A stretch of 64,000 nt of DNA from assembly GCA_964486505.1 (NCBI GenBank), contig CAZAMC010000001.1:106133-170132 (forward strand). Reading direction: 5' to 3'. This stretch comes from an uncultured Gammaproteobacteria bacterium (GTDB lineage Bacteria > Patescibacteriota > Patescibacteriia > PEXW01). Positions within the stretch are counted from its first letter, which is position 1, and the number at the start of each line of letters is the position of its first letter. Below, one piece after another: positions 28,249 through 38,427 of the stretch. The notes below the pieces were generated by a model. It was not told the DNA's origin and did no database searches. It saw nothing but the letters and a program-made list of their open reading frames with translations. A program made the position numbers and the translations under genes.

Positions 28249-29132
28249 ATGCGCGTAAGGAGAGCATCGAGAATAAATCGGGGTTGGGCGTTTGACTGAA
28301 GTACACGACTGGTTTCGCAGAGGGCCTGCACTGTTGGTAAGGCCCGGGGCCACGTACGGGCCGCTGCCGCGGTAAGCGCCTGCGCTTTGTCGCGCTGCAC
28401 ATTGAGGGGCATGCTGCTTTCAAAGACGCTGCTCATTTCCCGAAGCCGCTGGACCAAGGGTACCCGCGGTAACTTTTCTGCAAGGGTGTCTAGGAGTTGC
28501 ATAGCTTGAAGTTGGACGGGTTGTTCGAGCACTGCTGCAGCTGTCGCGGGCATTCCGGGATAGGCGCGTAGCACGCGTTCCACTGCCGACTTAGGATACC
28601 CGGCCGCTACCAAAGCTTTTATTGCTTGCTCTGTAGGGACGCGCTGGACGTAGAAAAGCATTGTCCGCGACCGAAGAGTTGGTAGCAAACTTTGTCGTTC
28701 TGGAACGGTAAGAACGAAGCGCACGTCACCCAGCGGCTCTTCCAGGGTTTTCAAGAGCGCATTTGCAGCGGCTCCGCGTAGGAGATTCGCTTGGTGCAAA
28801 ACCACGATTCGTCGGGTGCTGCGGAGCTGCAAGGCTCGTCGAAGACTGCGAATATCTTCGACCGCATAGCCAGTGGGTCCTGGCTCCAGGGTAATGACCT
28901 GTTCGTGTAAGCCCCGGGCAATACTCTGGCAACCGGAGCACCGTCCGCAGGGTTCTTCAGCGCTATCTTCACAAACCGAGCACTCGCTCACCCACTGGGC
29001 AATCTGCTGGATAGCAAGACGGTCTGGACCCGCAAGGGTTATGGCGTGTCCAAATGACGAAGCGCGGAAGATATCCCGAAGGGCACGAATGAGGGTCTCA
29101 TGCCCCACGCGGGCGAGGGTGTACGTATGCAT
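28245..29132 (-). CDS. holB: DNA polymerase III delta' subunit (HolB-like)
   Basis: AAA+ like with Walker A replaced (GHAITLAGPDR). Zinc module CGRCSGCQ. Box VII-like LLKTLEEP...VRFVLT. Start at MHTYTL chosen. Confidence 0.7.
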   Translation of the reverse strand: MHTYTLARVGHETLIRALRDIFRASSFGHAITLAGPDRLAIQQIAQWVSECSVCEDSAEEPCGRCSGCQSIARGLHEQVITLEPGPTGYAVEDIRSLRRALQLRSTRRIVVLHQANLLRGAAANALLKTLEEPLGDVRFVLTVPERQSLLPTLRSRTMLFYVQRVPTEQAIKALVAAGYPKSAVERVLRAYPGMPATAAAVLEQPVQLQAMQLLDTLAEKLPRVPLVQRLREMSSVFESSMPLNVQRDKAQALTAAAARTWPRALPTVQALCETSRVLQSNAQPRFILDALLTRI

Positions 29133-29185
29133 GCAAGACTGGAATGAAAGTACCAAAAAACTGCCTTTTTGGCAAGTCTCTCGGA

Positions 29186-30394
29186 CTACTGGCCTGAATG
29201 TAAAAGTGCCGCTAGCTGCTTGGCGCTTGCTGACCAAGAAAACCCTTGAACTCGGGCAAACCCACGGGTGCGGAGCAGCAGCTGTTCATCAGGATCATCA
29301 AGCACGCTCTGTATTGCCTGTCGCATAGCCGCTGGGTCATGAGGGTCCATGAGAATGCCAGCGTCCCCAACCACTTCTGGAAGCGCGGTGACGTGGCTAC
29401 AGACAACGGGCGTACCTACGGCCATAGCTTCGAGTACCGGAATACCAAAACCCTCGAAGAACGAAGGCATAACAAAAACTTCTGCACCGGCCATGAGCGC
29501 CGGTATGTCTTGGCTCGCCACCCACCCAGGACGCTGGACAGATTTTTGTAACTGATGTTCCTGAATGTAGGCATCCACTTCACGCGCACCCACTCCTGCT
29601 TTCCCAACGAGGAGAAGCTGTACGTTGGCGAATTTTGGCTGACGAATGAGCTCGGCAAAAGCTTGGACCAAACCCAGAGTGTTCTTCTTCTTTTCAATGC
29701 GGCCAATGGACATGAGGTAGGGCGGCCGAACGCCTGCCCGCGCAAACGCCGCCTGCAGCACTTCTCGGTTATCCCGAATATGTGGTTGAAAAGCTGTACT
29801 ATCAAAGGCATTTGGAATGACATGCACCCGCTCGGGTTCTATGCCGTACGTGGTGCAAATGTCACGTTTGGAATACTCGGAGACGGTAAGAATGGTCTGG
29901 CAGTGACGGATTGCCAGACGAGCCGAAAACCTGTGGTAATCCAGCTCCGTCCCGCCGTAGCGACCAAGCGTGAGGAAACGGATGAGGACGTTGAGCCACT
30001 GTTTGCTGTGCACGGCTTTCCCCAGAAGCTCGTGGCCGTAGAGGTCACTTGCGTGTTCAAAGCCAATATCGTGCAACGTGGTAAGTGTCCGACGAGGAGC
30101 GAGAAACGGAATCGTGTGCGCCGGAACGAAGAGGACGTCAACGCGATGGATGAGGAGTTCCCAAGACAAGCGGAACTGTGTCCAGAGCAAACCGGGCGGC
30201 CAACGCAAAACCCGAACGTGGACGTTCGAGGGCAAAGGGCCCCATTCGTCCCGCAGAGGCTCACGAACGTAGAGTCGAACGTCGTCGGAGGGCTGCAGAT
30301 ATGCAAAAAGCGCTTTGGTCAGGTGAAAAGCGTACCACTCGGTGCCGGTACGTTGTGCGAGGTTCGCCCGTGATGCATCAATCCCGATGCGCAT
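29186..30394 (-). CDS. Glycosyltransferase family 4 (GT1-fold, group 1)
   Basis: MRIGIDAS start. C-terminal EGFGIPVLEAMAVGTPVV is the GT4 motif. Confidence 0.8.
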   Translation of the reverse strand: MRIGIDASRANLAQRTGTEWYAFHLTKALFAYLQPSDDVRLYVREPLRDEWGPLPSNVHVRVLRWPPGLLWTQFRLSWELLIHRVDVLFVPAHTIPFLAPRRTLTTLHDIGFEHASDLYGHELLGKAVHSKQWLNVLIRFLTLGRYGGTELDYHRFSARLAIRHCQTILTVSEYSKRDICTTYGIEPERVHVIPNAFDSTAFQPHIRDNREVLQAAFARAGVRPPYLMSIGRIEKKKNTLGLVQAFAELIRQPKFANVQLLLVGKAGVGAREVDAYIQEHQLQKSVQRPGWVASQDIPALMAGAEVFVMPSFFEGFGIPVLEAMAVGTPVVCSHVTALPEVVGDAGILMDPHDPAAMRQAIQSVLDDPDEQLLLRTRGFARVQGFSWSASAKQLAALLHSGQ

Positions 30395-30399
30395 AGGCG

Positions 30400-31422
30400 T
30401 TAACGGGTGGCGAGGACGCTGCGCTTGTAGGATTCCAGGTTATCCAGGGCTACGCCTGTGCCTTTGGCTACACAGAGCAAAGCGTCGTCGGCCACGTACG
30501 CAGGTACCCCGGTTGCTTGGGTGAGGAGCTTGTCCATGTTCCGCAGCAGGCTTGAGCCACCCGAGAGCACCATGCCCTTATCAATGACGTCGGCCGAAAG
30601 CTCTGGGGGGGTGTTCTGTAGAACGGACTTCACCGCCTGGATGATACCTACCAGTTCGTTCTGGATAGCGGCGGTTATGTCGTCCGACGTAACGCGTAAC
30701 GTGGTGGGCAAGCCACTCACCATATCCCGGCCTCGCACGTCCATAGTGAGTTTGTCCTCCAAAGGAAGGGCGGAGCCAATTTGAATTTTCAGTTCTTCGG
30801 CTGAACGTTCACCAATGGCCACCCCGTGTTTCTTCCGCATGTACTCTTGAATGGCAGCATCAAATTTATTGCCGCCAATACGAACAGAGGTGTTGGCCAC
30901 AATGCCACCGAGGGAGATCACTGCAACTTCCGAAGTGCCACCACCCATGTCAATGATCATGTGCCCGGAAGCAGACCCAATGGGGATGTTTGCCCCAATC
31001 GCCGCGGCGATTGGTTCTTTAATAATGTACGCAGCTTTGGCACCCGCTTGAATGGTGGCGTCAATGACGGCACGGCGCTCTGTTGAGGTAATGCCGGCAG
31101 GTACAGCAATCATCACTTCGGGGCGGAAGAAACGTACGCCCCCCAACGCCTTATTAATGAAGTACCGGAGCATGGCCTCGGTGGTTTTGTAATCGGCAAT
31201 GACGCCTTCCTTTAACGGCCGAGAAGCAATTATTGTGTCGGGGGTTCGACCGAGCATTTCCTTGGCTTCTACGCCCACCGCCAAAATCCGCCTATCCCCT
31301 ACTGCCACAGCAACTACGGAAGGTTCATTCAGAACAATGCCGCGGCCGGGCATGTGAACGAGGGTGTTCGTCGTGCCAAGGTCTATGCCAAGTTTTTTTC
31401 CGAAGAGGGCCATACTATTCAA
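30400..31422 (-). CDS. MreB/Mbl-like actin homologue, second paralogue
   Basis: KLGIDLGTTNTLV, IIDMGGGTSE and GGSSLLRN motifs. About 45% identity by eye to the 23236-24300 MreB. Confidence 0.85.
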   Translation of the reverse strand: MNSMALFGKKLGIDLGTTNTLVHMPGRGIVLNEPSVVAVAVGDRRILAVGVEAKEMLGRTPDTIIASRPLKEGVIADYKTTEAMLRYFINKALGGVRFFRPEVMIAVPAGITSTERRAVIDATIQAGAKAAYIIKEPIAAAIGANIPIGSASGHMIIDMGGGTSEVAVISLGGIVANTSVRIGGNKFDAAIQEYMRKKHGVAIGERSAEELKIQIGSALPLEDKLTMDVRGRDMVSGLPTTLRVTSDDITAAIQNELVGIIQAVKSVLQNTPPELSADVIDKGMVLSGGSSLLRNMDKLLTQATGVPAYVADDALLCVAKGTGVALDNLESYKRSVLATR

Positions 31423-33370
31423 AAGTCACTTCGTACTCCCGATCGACTTCGAGCGTCGCTTCATCCTGGAGGCGTTCACCCTGCACGTGGGCGCCCTCTG
31501 GAAGAATAGGAGTATCGCCAATTTCCCGGTCCACGTCAACCGTCAGCTGAAGGGCATGAGCAATTGTTCCCGGCTGCTTTTGGATGAGCAGTTTGTAGCG
31601 CCCTTGGTCCAAAAGGGCCACCGGGCTGCCATTCAAACGGTATGTAAGCGTGAGCTCTTTCGTGGCACCAACTTCGGTGCAGGTAAAGGCCGCGAAAACA
31701 GTGTGCCCCAGCTCTTCAAACGATTCTACCGTGCCATCTTTCTTCACGTTGCACTCGGTCATGGCACCACTTGAAGAAATGAGAGTGCTACCCCGGGGCA
31801 CGTAGACACGCGTATACGTCCGGTAACGCGTAGTTTTCCACGTCAGCTTCCCAGTGTGCTGGTATTTGATAACGAGGTTTGCAATGAGGTCGCCGCCATC
31901 GCGCGTGACCTTGTAGGTAAGCGTACGCGACACAGCTGGGTCACTCTTCAAGCTTGCAAGGTTGGCATCAATAACCATGAGGCTGTCCCCTTGCGGCACC
32001 TCTACAGCACCGGCCCAGCCTAACGACTTCACAATTGCCTGCCGGTCACCATTCGCAAGCCAGATGAGTAAGTGCTTCTGCTGGACGCTCTCTTGGAATA
32101 TGGTCCAGGCCTTACCGTACTTCTCCTTGGGTAGTTTCAGCATGCGCTCAATGAGCTGCTGTCCCAGGACGCCAATAATGTTCTTTCGCTGGGTAGTATC
32201 AACATTTACTTTCCCATCGTACGCATACCCCGTAATGTACTGCAGCTCTTCCACAAGGTTGTCCGACCGGAATTCGGTTTTACCAATAGTGATGGGCCCC
32301 GTGAGCGTAAGGAGGCGCGAGAAGAAGGTTGGGTCAACGGCAATGACCCCGTCGAGATTACGTTCTGGTCCCCCTTCCCGCCGGTAGAAGTTTAGGGCTT
32401 CTTGGGCTGCTGTTGGAAAGTCGGGAGACCAGTTTGAGTCCCGGAAGAGCCAACGGTTTACCCGCATGTACTTGGTGAGGGGGGTGGGAGGCTTAATGTT
32501 CAAGCCTTTTGCCCGATCATCAAGATTATAAACGTTGTCGGTGGTGAACGAAGCAATTTCTCCATCACGGGCCTTGAGAATCCCGTACGTACCAATGAAG
32601 CCACCGGTAGGCCGGAGCTCAGTATTATTTTGCAAAAGGAAGAGGTAGTTCTGCTGGTCAGGGTACCCCAAGATTGGCGGGATAATCCGGCTCGCGGGAA
32701 TTGCCTGCTCAATGCCATCACGTAGCCCAGGGAGTTTCTCTTGGAATGGCTGAATGGCATTCGCTACCGGTCCGAGCAAGCCACTCTTCGGAATAGCGTC
32801 AATATGGGTCAAGGCTAAATCAAGGGATGCTTTGGCAGCCTGCAAATCGGGCTGCGCTTTGTAGATAGCCTCCAAGATGCTGCGCTTCTGTTCGGGTTTC
32901 AGGGTACTAAGGCTAAACGACTTCCCCGTTTTAAAAGGTTTCACCACGGTTTCCGCCCATGTGCTCAGGCGTTCAACGCCTGCGGTCATGGCAATGCCCG
33001 CCGATAGCAGTTCATTAATCGCTCGAACATTTGCGCCGGCCACGGGGAACTTCCGTAGAACATTCAAGCGCTGCATCTTCTCTTGGGCTGTAACTAAATG
33101 CGCGCGGCCAGTGACGAGGGCTTTCTGGCCCTCCGTAAACTCTTGGCTGACGATCATGGTTTGCGCTTCTTCCAAATCCGTTTTCGCCGCGAGAGCTTCT
33201 TTGTACACGGTCCGAGCCGAGGGGCCAAACCACGCTGCGCCTATAGCCAAGACCAACACCAAGCCGGCAAGGACGGGCCATGCGTAGCGCCAAATTTTTC
33301 GCAGCGTGCTTCGGACTCTTGCCCACTGCGGGTTCCGGAGACGATCCAGCAAGTTATGCAAGGCATTCAT
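31415..33370 (-). CDS. DUF4012-like large extracytoplasmic protein with N-terminal TM anchor
   Basis: N-terminal TM (WPVLAGLVLVLAIGAAWF) then ~600 aa soluble. Family assignment from memory of DUF4012 architecture (TM + long helical/beta region in polysaccharide loci). Not verified. Confidence 0.5.
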   Translation of the reverse strand: MNALHNLLDRLRNPQWARVRSTLRKIWRYAWPVLAGLVLVLAIGAAWFGPSARTVYKEALAAKTDLEEAQTMIVSQEFTEGQKALVTGRAHLVTAQEKMQRLNVLRKFPVAGANVRAINELLSAGIAMTAGVERLSTWAETVVKPFKTGKSFSLSTLKPEQKRSILEAIYKAQPDLQAAKASLDLALTHIDAIPKSGLLGPVANAIQPFQEKLPGLRDGIEQAIPASRIIPPILGYPDQQNYLFLLQNNTELRPTGGFIGTYGILKARDGEIASFTTDNVYNLDDRAKGLNIKPPTPLTKYMRVNRWLFRDSNWSPDFPTAAQEALNFYRREGGPERNLDGVIAVDPTFFSRLLTLTGPITIGKTEFRSDNLVEELQYITGYAYDGKVNVDTTQRKNIIGVLGQQLIERMLKLPKEKYGKAWTIFQESVQQKHLLIWLANGDRQAIVKSLGWAGAVEVPQGDSLMVIDANLASLKSDPAVSRTLTYKVTRDGGDLIANLVIKYQHTGKLTWKTTRYRTYTRVYVPRGSTLISSSGAMTECNVKKDGTVESFEELGHTVFAAFTCTEVGATKELTLTYRLNGSPVALLDQGRYKLLIQKQPGTIAHALQLTVDVDREIGDTPILPEGAHVQGERLQDEATLEVDREYEVTFE

Positions 33371-34197
33371 AGGGCTGAGCGGTTAGGCCGGACGGGCAGC
33401 GGGACGCCCCAGTACTTGGCCAGGTAACGGAACCATGATCGAATGTGAATTTGCGTAGGGAAGGCAAAAATTCCGCGCAAACCTGGGTGTGCGGCAGAGG
33501 CCCGCTTGTGGTAGTGCACACACTCTACACCTGCAACGTACCACACTTCCCAACCAACTGCCCAAAAGCGCCGGCACCAATCTACATCTTCAAAGTACAG
33601 AAAGAACCGTTCATCCATATCCCCCACCTGTTGCACAGCTTCGCGGCGAGCGATGAGGAATGCACCAAGCAGCCAGTCAACCGGCCGGTCTTCCTGGTGA
33701 TCAAAGTCCGCCATAACGAACCGTTGCAAGTGCGCACGGATGCCAGGTAATTTTCCTAAGGGGGTCCGTCGGAAAAGCGGAGTGAAGGTGTTGTGGAAAC
33801 GGTAACACGAGTACTGAACGGTGCCATCGGGATTCAAAAGCTTAGGGCCGGCAACACCCGCACGCGGATGCTGATCCATGAAAGCGACCAGGCGATCAAA
33901 AGGGCGATCCATAATAGCAATGTCCGGATTCAGCAAAACTACGTACCGACCATTGGCGCGTTTCAGGCCGAGGTTCATCCCGCTGGCAAAACCCTTGTTC
34001 TCCGCGGCGGCTACGACCGTAACCTCGGGAAAATCTTGCTCCAACATCTCAACGCTGCCGTCGTTGGAATTGTTATCGACAACGATGACTTCCACCGTCA
34101 CCGTATCGCCCGACGTGGCAATGCCCCGAAGGCACTGCCGGAGTAAACCGCGGGATTTGTAGTTCAGAATAATGGCCGAAACGTCGGGTTCTGGCAT
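33367..34197 (-). CDS. Glycosyltransferase family 2
   Basis: VSAIILNYKS...VIVVDNNSNDGS and DxD-like FEDVD. Start at MPEPDV avoids overlap with the neighbour. Confidence 0.8.
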   Translation of the reverse strand: MPEPDVSAIILNYKSRGLLRQCLRGIATSGDTVTVEVIVVDNNSNDGSVEMLEQDFPEVTVVAAAENKGFASGMNLGLKRANGRYVVLLNPDIAIMDRPFDRLVAFMDQHPRAGVAGPKLLNPDGTVQYSCYRFHNTFTPLFRRTPLGKLPGIRAHLQRFVMADFDHQEDRPVDWLLGAFLIARREAVQQVGDMDERFFLYFEDVDWCRRFWAVGWEVWYVAGVECVHYHKRASAAHPGLRGIFAFPTQIHIRSWFRYLAKYWGVPLPVRPNRSAL

Positions 34198-34204
34198 GGG
34201 AAGG

Positions 34205-35125
34205 TTAGAACGTGGCCCGAAGCATACGAGCCACTTTTTTTCTGGGCTGAGCACCAGCGAACGTTCTTGCAGCGTGCCACATTTTCAGGGCATCAGCAAG
34301 GGCATGCAATGTCACGCGGGGATCTGTGCACAGCAAAAATATGAAACGCAGAAGCTCGGCAGGGATCACTGCCCACGCGTGCGGCAGCACCGTTTGCCAA
34401 GATTCCACCAGCGCATAGAGAAGGATGTGATTTCGATAGCTTAAGTACCGGCGGTCGGCGCTTCGCTGAGCGCGGGCGGCGCCCTTGCCCACCTGTCGAG
34501 CATGGGTGGCGACGGCCATGGGCACGCAGAACGCTTCCCAGCCATTCCACCGCAGCCGCCACGCTAGCTCTACGTCTTCTTTATACGCAAAGAGGAGGTT
34601 ACAAAAAAATTCACCGTTCACGGCGGTCTGCTGCAACGCTGCTCTCCGGTAGAGCGCTACCGCCCCCGACACGCCAAAAACTTCTTGCGGTGTCGGTGGA
34701 ATAGTTACCCGCTCTTGGATAAGTCGCCATGGGGGTATGTGCAAGCCGGTTGTATCAACGCCACCCTGCGCATTCTTCACCGTCCCCACAAACGCGGCTG
34801 CCGTGGGGTGGGCATCAGCAAAACGTACCAGGTGCTCCAGGTAATCAGCCTCTAAGCGAACGTCCGGATTAATGACGAGTACGTAGTCAGCGGTGCCTTG
34901 CGCAATGCCCATATTGTGCCCGCGAGAAAAGCCCGTGTTCTTCCCAAGCGCAACAACGTTCACGCCAGGTACTGCTTTTGCCACGTCGACGGAATTATCG
35001 GTTGAACCATTATCCACTACCGTCAGTGATTGGGGCACCAGCGTTTGCTGACGCAGACTGCGCAAAACCAACGCAAGTTCTTCCGCGCTATTCCAGCTTA
35101 CAAGCGAAACATCAACGGTGCCCAT
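34205..35125 (-). CDS. Glycosyltransferase family 2
   Basis: VSLVSWNSAEEL...LTVVDNGSTDNS, GFSRGHNMG. Start at MGTVDV. Confidence 0.8.
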   Translation of the reverse strand: MGTVDVSLVSWNSAEELALVLRSLRQQTLVPQSLTVVDNGSTDNSVDVAKAVPGVNVVALGKNTGFSRGHNMGIAQGTADYVLVINPDVRLEADYLEHLVRFADAHPTAAAFVGTVKNAQGGVDTTGLHIPPWRLIQERVTIPPTPQEVFGVSGAVALYRRAALQQTAVNGEFFCNLLFAYKEDVELAWRLRWNGWEAFCVPMAVATHARQVGKGAARAQRSADRRYLSYRNHILLYALVESWQTVLPHAWAVIPAELLRFIFLLCTDPRVTLHALADALKMWHAARTFAGAQPRKKVARMLRATF

Positions 35126-36572
35126 AGCGTGGATCGGCCAAAGCAAAGCCGGTAGTAATGAGGATGAGCATGCCAAGGCCTAGTGGGTGGTTGAGGTACG
35201 GGGTCGTAAGGTGGAGGACCATGAGCGCAACGCCGCTGGCCAAAAGCCCGGCAACCAATGGCCGCTCGGTGGTCTGCAGGCGCAGGATATGTACCCCCTG
35301 CATGAGCACCCAAATGAAAGCGGCCAAGAGCACAATAGTGATCGGCACGCCGGCGTGAACGGCAAAACCGTGGTAGCCCAACTCAAACGCCCGGGCGGTG
35401 TACAAGGTTCCGTTTGCATCATGGGTAACGTTTACCCGGGGGTCCAGCGTACGGTAGGTTATGCTCGTGCCAAAGCCGTTGCCGAGCAAAGCATGTTCAA
35501 GAATCTTCTTGTGCATTGCTGGCAGCAACTCGCGTCGGCTAGAGGCGGCAGACTCTGTAGCAATGTCTGTTCGATTCCGAACCAGCGAGCCGCTTCCGCC
35601 CGCGCCGCCCCATAAACCCGGGAAATTGAGCGTCCAGAGAAAGCCAACGTACGCCAAGAGCAGTGCTACGCCGCTGGCCAGCACCACCTGCGGAAAGTAC
35701 GACCGGAGTGACCGACGAGCAAGCAATCCTCCGAGACTCACAACTGCAGCAGCAATCCCACCCAGCCAGAAGCTCCGTGACAAACTGACGATGACCACGT
35801 AAGCCCCCAAACCAGCAATAGTCGTCCAGAACCATTGCCGTTTACGGTCAGCCACCGCTAGACCAAGGCCCGTGAAGAACGCAAAGAGGCCCCAGACGTG
35901 ACTTTGGAAGAAGACGCGGTACAGACGACCAATGATCCACGTAATCTCGCCTACCCCGGTATCGCGCACCCACTTGTAGAGCTGCACGAGCTCGGTTGAG
36001 GGGTAGTGAGCAAAAAGCCCTTGGACGAAAGCAGTTTTTATGGCTAAGACACCAATTGCCGCAGCACTCACCCACAAGACCCGCCGAAATTCTTCGCGAG
36101 AACGGAGCAGACCAAAAAGAGGTACAGCCCCGATGTACAAGTACGCGTTCGCATCCAAGAAGACGTTCCCAAGCCCATGGCCCCGTAGTACCCCTACGAA
36201 CGCTGCCCAAACCGCCAACCCCAAAAACGCCAACCAGACCCAGCGGAAACGCCACTGTGCGCCCCAAAGACTTTTTCTTCGGAGCAGATGCATGAGCGTA
36301 GCGGCAAAGACCGCTAGGAAAATTCCCAGCCGGAATGAAATGTCCTGGCCGCCTTCCGGCAGACTGAAGAGGTAGCCTTTCCCACCCACAATGAGTTCAG
36401 CGACGACGATACTCACACCAGCGACCGGGGAAAAACTTGTTGCGATAAAAGTGAGGAAAACGAGAATCACCCAAAAGATTACTCCCGCAGTTGGCCAAAG
36501 CCAGCCCAGGTACGAAAGCCCCTCAATGATGAGTAGGCCAACAACCGTGCTTGCAAAAAGTTTCCAGCGCAT
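35112..36572 (-). CDS. O-antigen ligase/polymerase-like polytopic membrane protein (Wzy/WaaL family)
   Basis: About 10-12 TM segments with a large periplasmic loop. Embedded among GT2 genes. Start at MRWKLF chosen. Confidence 0.65.
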   Translation of the reverse strand: MRWKLFASTVVGLLIIEGLSYLGWLWPTAGVIFWVILVFLTFIATSFSPVAGVSIVVAELIVGGKGYLFSLPEGGQDISFRLGIFLAVFAATLMHLLRRKSLWGAQWRFRWVWLAFLGLAVWAAFVGVLRGHGLGNVFLDANAYLYIGAVPLFGLLRSREEFRRVLWVSAAAIGVLAIKTAFVQGLFAHYPSTELVQLYKWVRDTGVGEITWIIGRLYRVFFQSHVWGLFAFFTGLGLAVADRKRQWFWTTIAGLGAYVVIVSLSRSFWLGGIAAAVVSLGGLLARRSLRSYFPQVVLASGVALLLAYVGFLWTLNFPGLWGGAGGSGSLVRNRTDIATESAASSRRELLPAMHKKILEHALLGNGFGTSITYRTLDPRVNVTHDANGTLYTARAFELGYHGFAVHAGVPITIVLLAAFIWVLMQGVHILRLQTTERPLVAGLLASGVALMVLHLTTPYLNHPLGLGMLILITTGFALADPRYGHR

Positions 36573-36573
36573 A

Positions 36574-37440
36574 CTACTTACGCCGAAATGTGCTGGCGAG
36601 CCAAACAAGTGCCAGTCCTTTCCACCCCGCAATGCGTACCAGCACTGTTGCCAGTCGAGAAAAATGTTTGCGACTGTAGCGGAGTACACTGGCGGCCCAC
36701 ACCCGCTGCTTCGCCAGGGAAGGCAACTGGTTAAAGCTCCCTCCGCCGAGATGAGTGATGGCAGCGCTGGGCACAAACCACGTTTCCCAGCCAGCATCGG
36801 CGGCGCGCTTGCAGTAATCTACTTCCTCGAACCATATGTGGAAACCGTCATCCATTAACCCAATCTGGCGGATCACATCGGTCCGGATGAGAAAAGCCGC
36901 TCCCATAACTTGGCCAACCGGTTGCTCAGCAGTGTAGTCCAGTTCAACGGCCATGTACCGACGCAACGGGGGGAAGCTCGGCCACCAATGAGAAAACTTC
37001 AAGGCAATGGCAACGAGAACCGTTGGCGTAGGGAGACGTCGAACCGATGGTTGGAGAGAGCCATCTGCGTTAAGTAACTTCGGCCCTACAATGCCCGCTC
37101 GGGGATGATCGGTGAGCGCCTGGAGCATCCGGGGGAAGGCGCCCGGCGGAACAAGCGTATCGGGATTAAGCAGCAATACCGGCAGACCCTCGCTCGCCTG
37201 CATCGCTTGGTTATTTGCACCAGCAAACCCACGATTATCAGAATTGGCGATGAGCTGGACCTGCGGAAATCGCTCTCGCACCATGGCAGCGGTCCCGTCC
37301 ATCGAAGCATTATCCACGACAAAAACCTTCCTCGGTTGTTCGGTGGCTGGCAAACGAAAAATGCTCTCCAGGCATTCCTGAAGAAGCTTGCGAACGTTCC
37401 AACTCACTATGACAACCGAAAGATCCAGCGTGCCTGGCAT
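36574..37440 (-). CDS. Glycosyltransferase family 2
   Basis: LSVVIVSWNVRKLL...VFVVDNASMDGT, NRGFAGANN. Confidence 0.8.
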   Translation of the reverse strand: MPGTLDLSVVIVSWNVRKLLQECLESIFRLPATEQPRKVFVVDNASMDGTAAMVRERFPQVQLIANSDNRGFAGANNQAMQASEGLPVLLLNPDTLVPPGAFPRMLQALTDHPRAGIVGPKLLNADGSLQPSVRRLPTPTVLVAIALKFSHWWPSFPPLRRYMAVELDYTAEQPVGQVMGAAFLIRTDVIRQIGLMDDGFHIWFEEVDYCKRAADAGWETWFVPSAAITHLGGGSFNQLPSLAKQRVWAASVLRYSRKHFSRLATVLVRIAGWKGLALVWLASTFRRK

Positions 37441-37563
37441 AGCGATACTTTGCTGGAAAACTGAAGATTTGTCAATTCCTTTCCTCTCAGCTGTTGACTT
37501 TTTCTTAGGTACATGCGAGCATCAACTACTTACCAGAACACCCAAAGGAAAAAGGAGTGACCT

Positions 37564-37980
37564 TTGCAATTACGATTTGCCCTCTCGCGCATGTGCGATA
37601 CGATTGAGCGTACGCACGGTTCGCATGAACATGCGACTCCCATCTTGCGTAACATCATCGCCCTTATACCGGAGAATGAGATCTTCTCCCTTCTCATGGC
37701 GGTCGAGGCCTTTCAGAAAACACAGTTCGTCAAGCCCGTGGCCCGTCACATTGACCTTGATGGGTACATCGTCACCCTGGGTGAGGAAGTAGCTCGCGCC
37801 GGCAAGCACTATGCCGTGAAGCACGAAAAACGTCGCGAAGCATACGTGCTTGGGTCGTACGTCATCGTACTTCAGTTCATGATGAACTACGCTGATCTCT
37901 CGGCTCACTTGCGCGCCGCCCACAATGGACACACGTATGCCGAAGTCATGGTGATCCACAAACTTTTTCGCGAGTGCTAA
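37564..37980 (+). CDS. Hypothetical protein (TTG start, strong RBS)
   Basis: AAAGGAGTGA 5 nt upstream of TTG at 37564. 138 aa with no recognisable domain. The overlapping minus ORF 37570-38010 lacks an RBS. Confidence 0.4.
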   Translation: MQLRFALSRMCDTIERTHGSHEHATPILRNIIALIPENEIFSLLMAVEAFQKTQFVKPVARHIDLDGYIVTLGEEVARAGKHYAVKHEKRREAYVLGSYVIVLQFMMNYADLSAHLRAAHNGHTYAEVMVIHKLFREC

Positions 37981-38011
37981 AGCACAGTGCCCCATCAACA
38001 ACCCGCACACT

Positions 38012-38425
38012 CTAGCCGCTTCTCTCCCGAGGGGCGGCTTTCACTTTCCGGCGCTTCTTCTGCGCCTCCAACTTCCGGATAGTTGATTCGTCGATGCCAA
38101 AGTAGTGGCCGATTTCGTGGTGGACTACTTCATGCACAAGTTCACGGATGCCACCCTCGGTACGGCCTAACTCCTCAATGGGCTGCTGAAAAATCGTTAT
38201 CTTATCGGGCAAGACCAGGCTGTAGTGAATGCCTCGTTTTGTGAGCGGCACGCCCTGGTACAAGCCGAGCAAGTACTGGTGCACGACTATCCCCCGCTCC
38301 CGCCAGCCGGGTGGTCGGGAATCCTCTTCAATGACAAACACCACATTGTCAATCTTGCTCTGTAACGCTTTTGGCACAGAGGCGATTGCGTCCTCAACGA
38401 CCTTTGCAAATGCTTCACGTTCCAT
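38012..38425 (-). CDS. Zincin-like minimal metallopeptidase family protein
   Basis: HEVVHHEIGHYFG HExxH-type motif in a ~130-aa protein. Matches the Zincin_1/DUF-type family seen in many bacteria. Confidence 0.65.
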   Translation of the reverse strand: MEREAFAKVVEDAIASVPKALQSKIDNVVFVIEEDSRPPGWRERGIVVHQYLLGLYQGVPLTKRGIHYSLVLPDKITIFQQPIEELGRTEGGIRELVHEVVHHEIGHYFGIDESTIRKLEAQKKRRKVKAAPRERSG

Positions 38426-38427
38426 AC

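Noticed and set aside
29555-30373. 272-aa plus-strand ORF
   Set aside because: Antisense to the GT4 glycosyltransferase gene.
37570-38010. 146-aa minus-strand ORF overlapping the 37564-37980 plus gene
   Set aside because: No RBS or promoter. The plus-strand ORF has a strong GGAG-type RBS. Only one of the two can be real, and neither has a recognisable domain.
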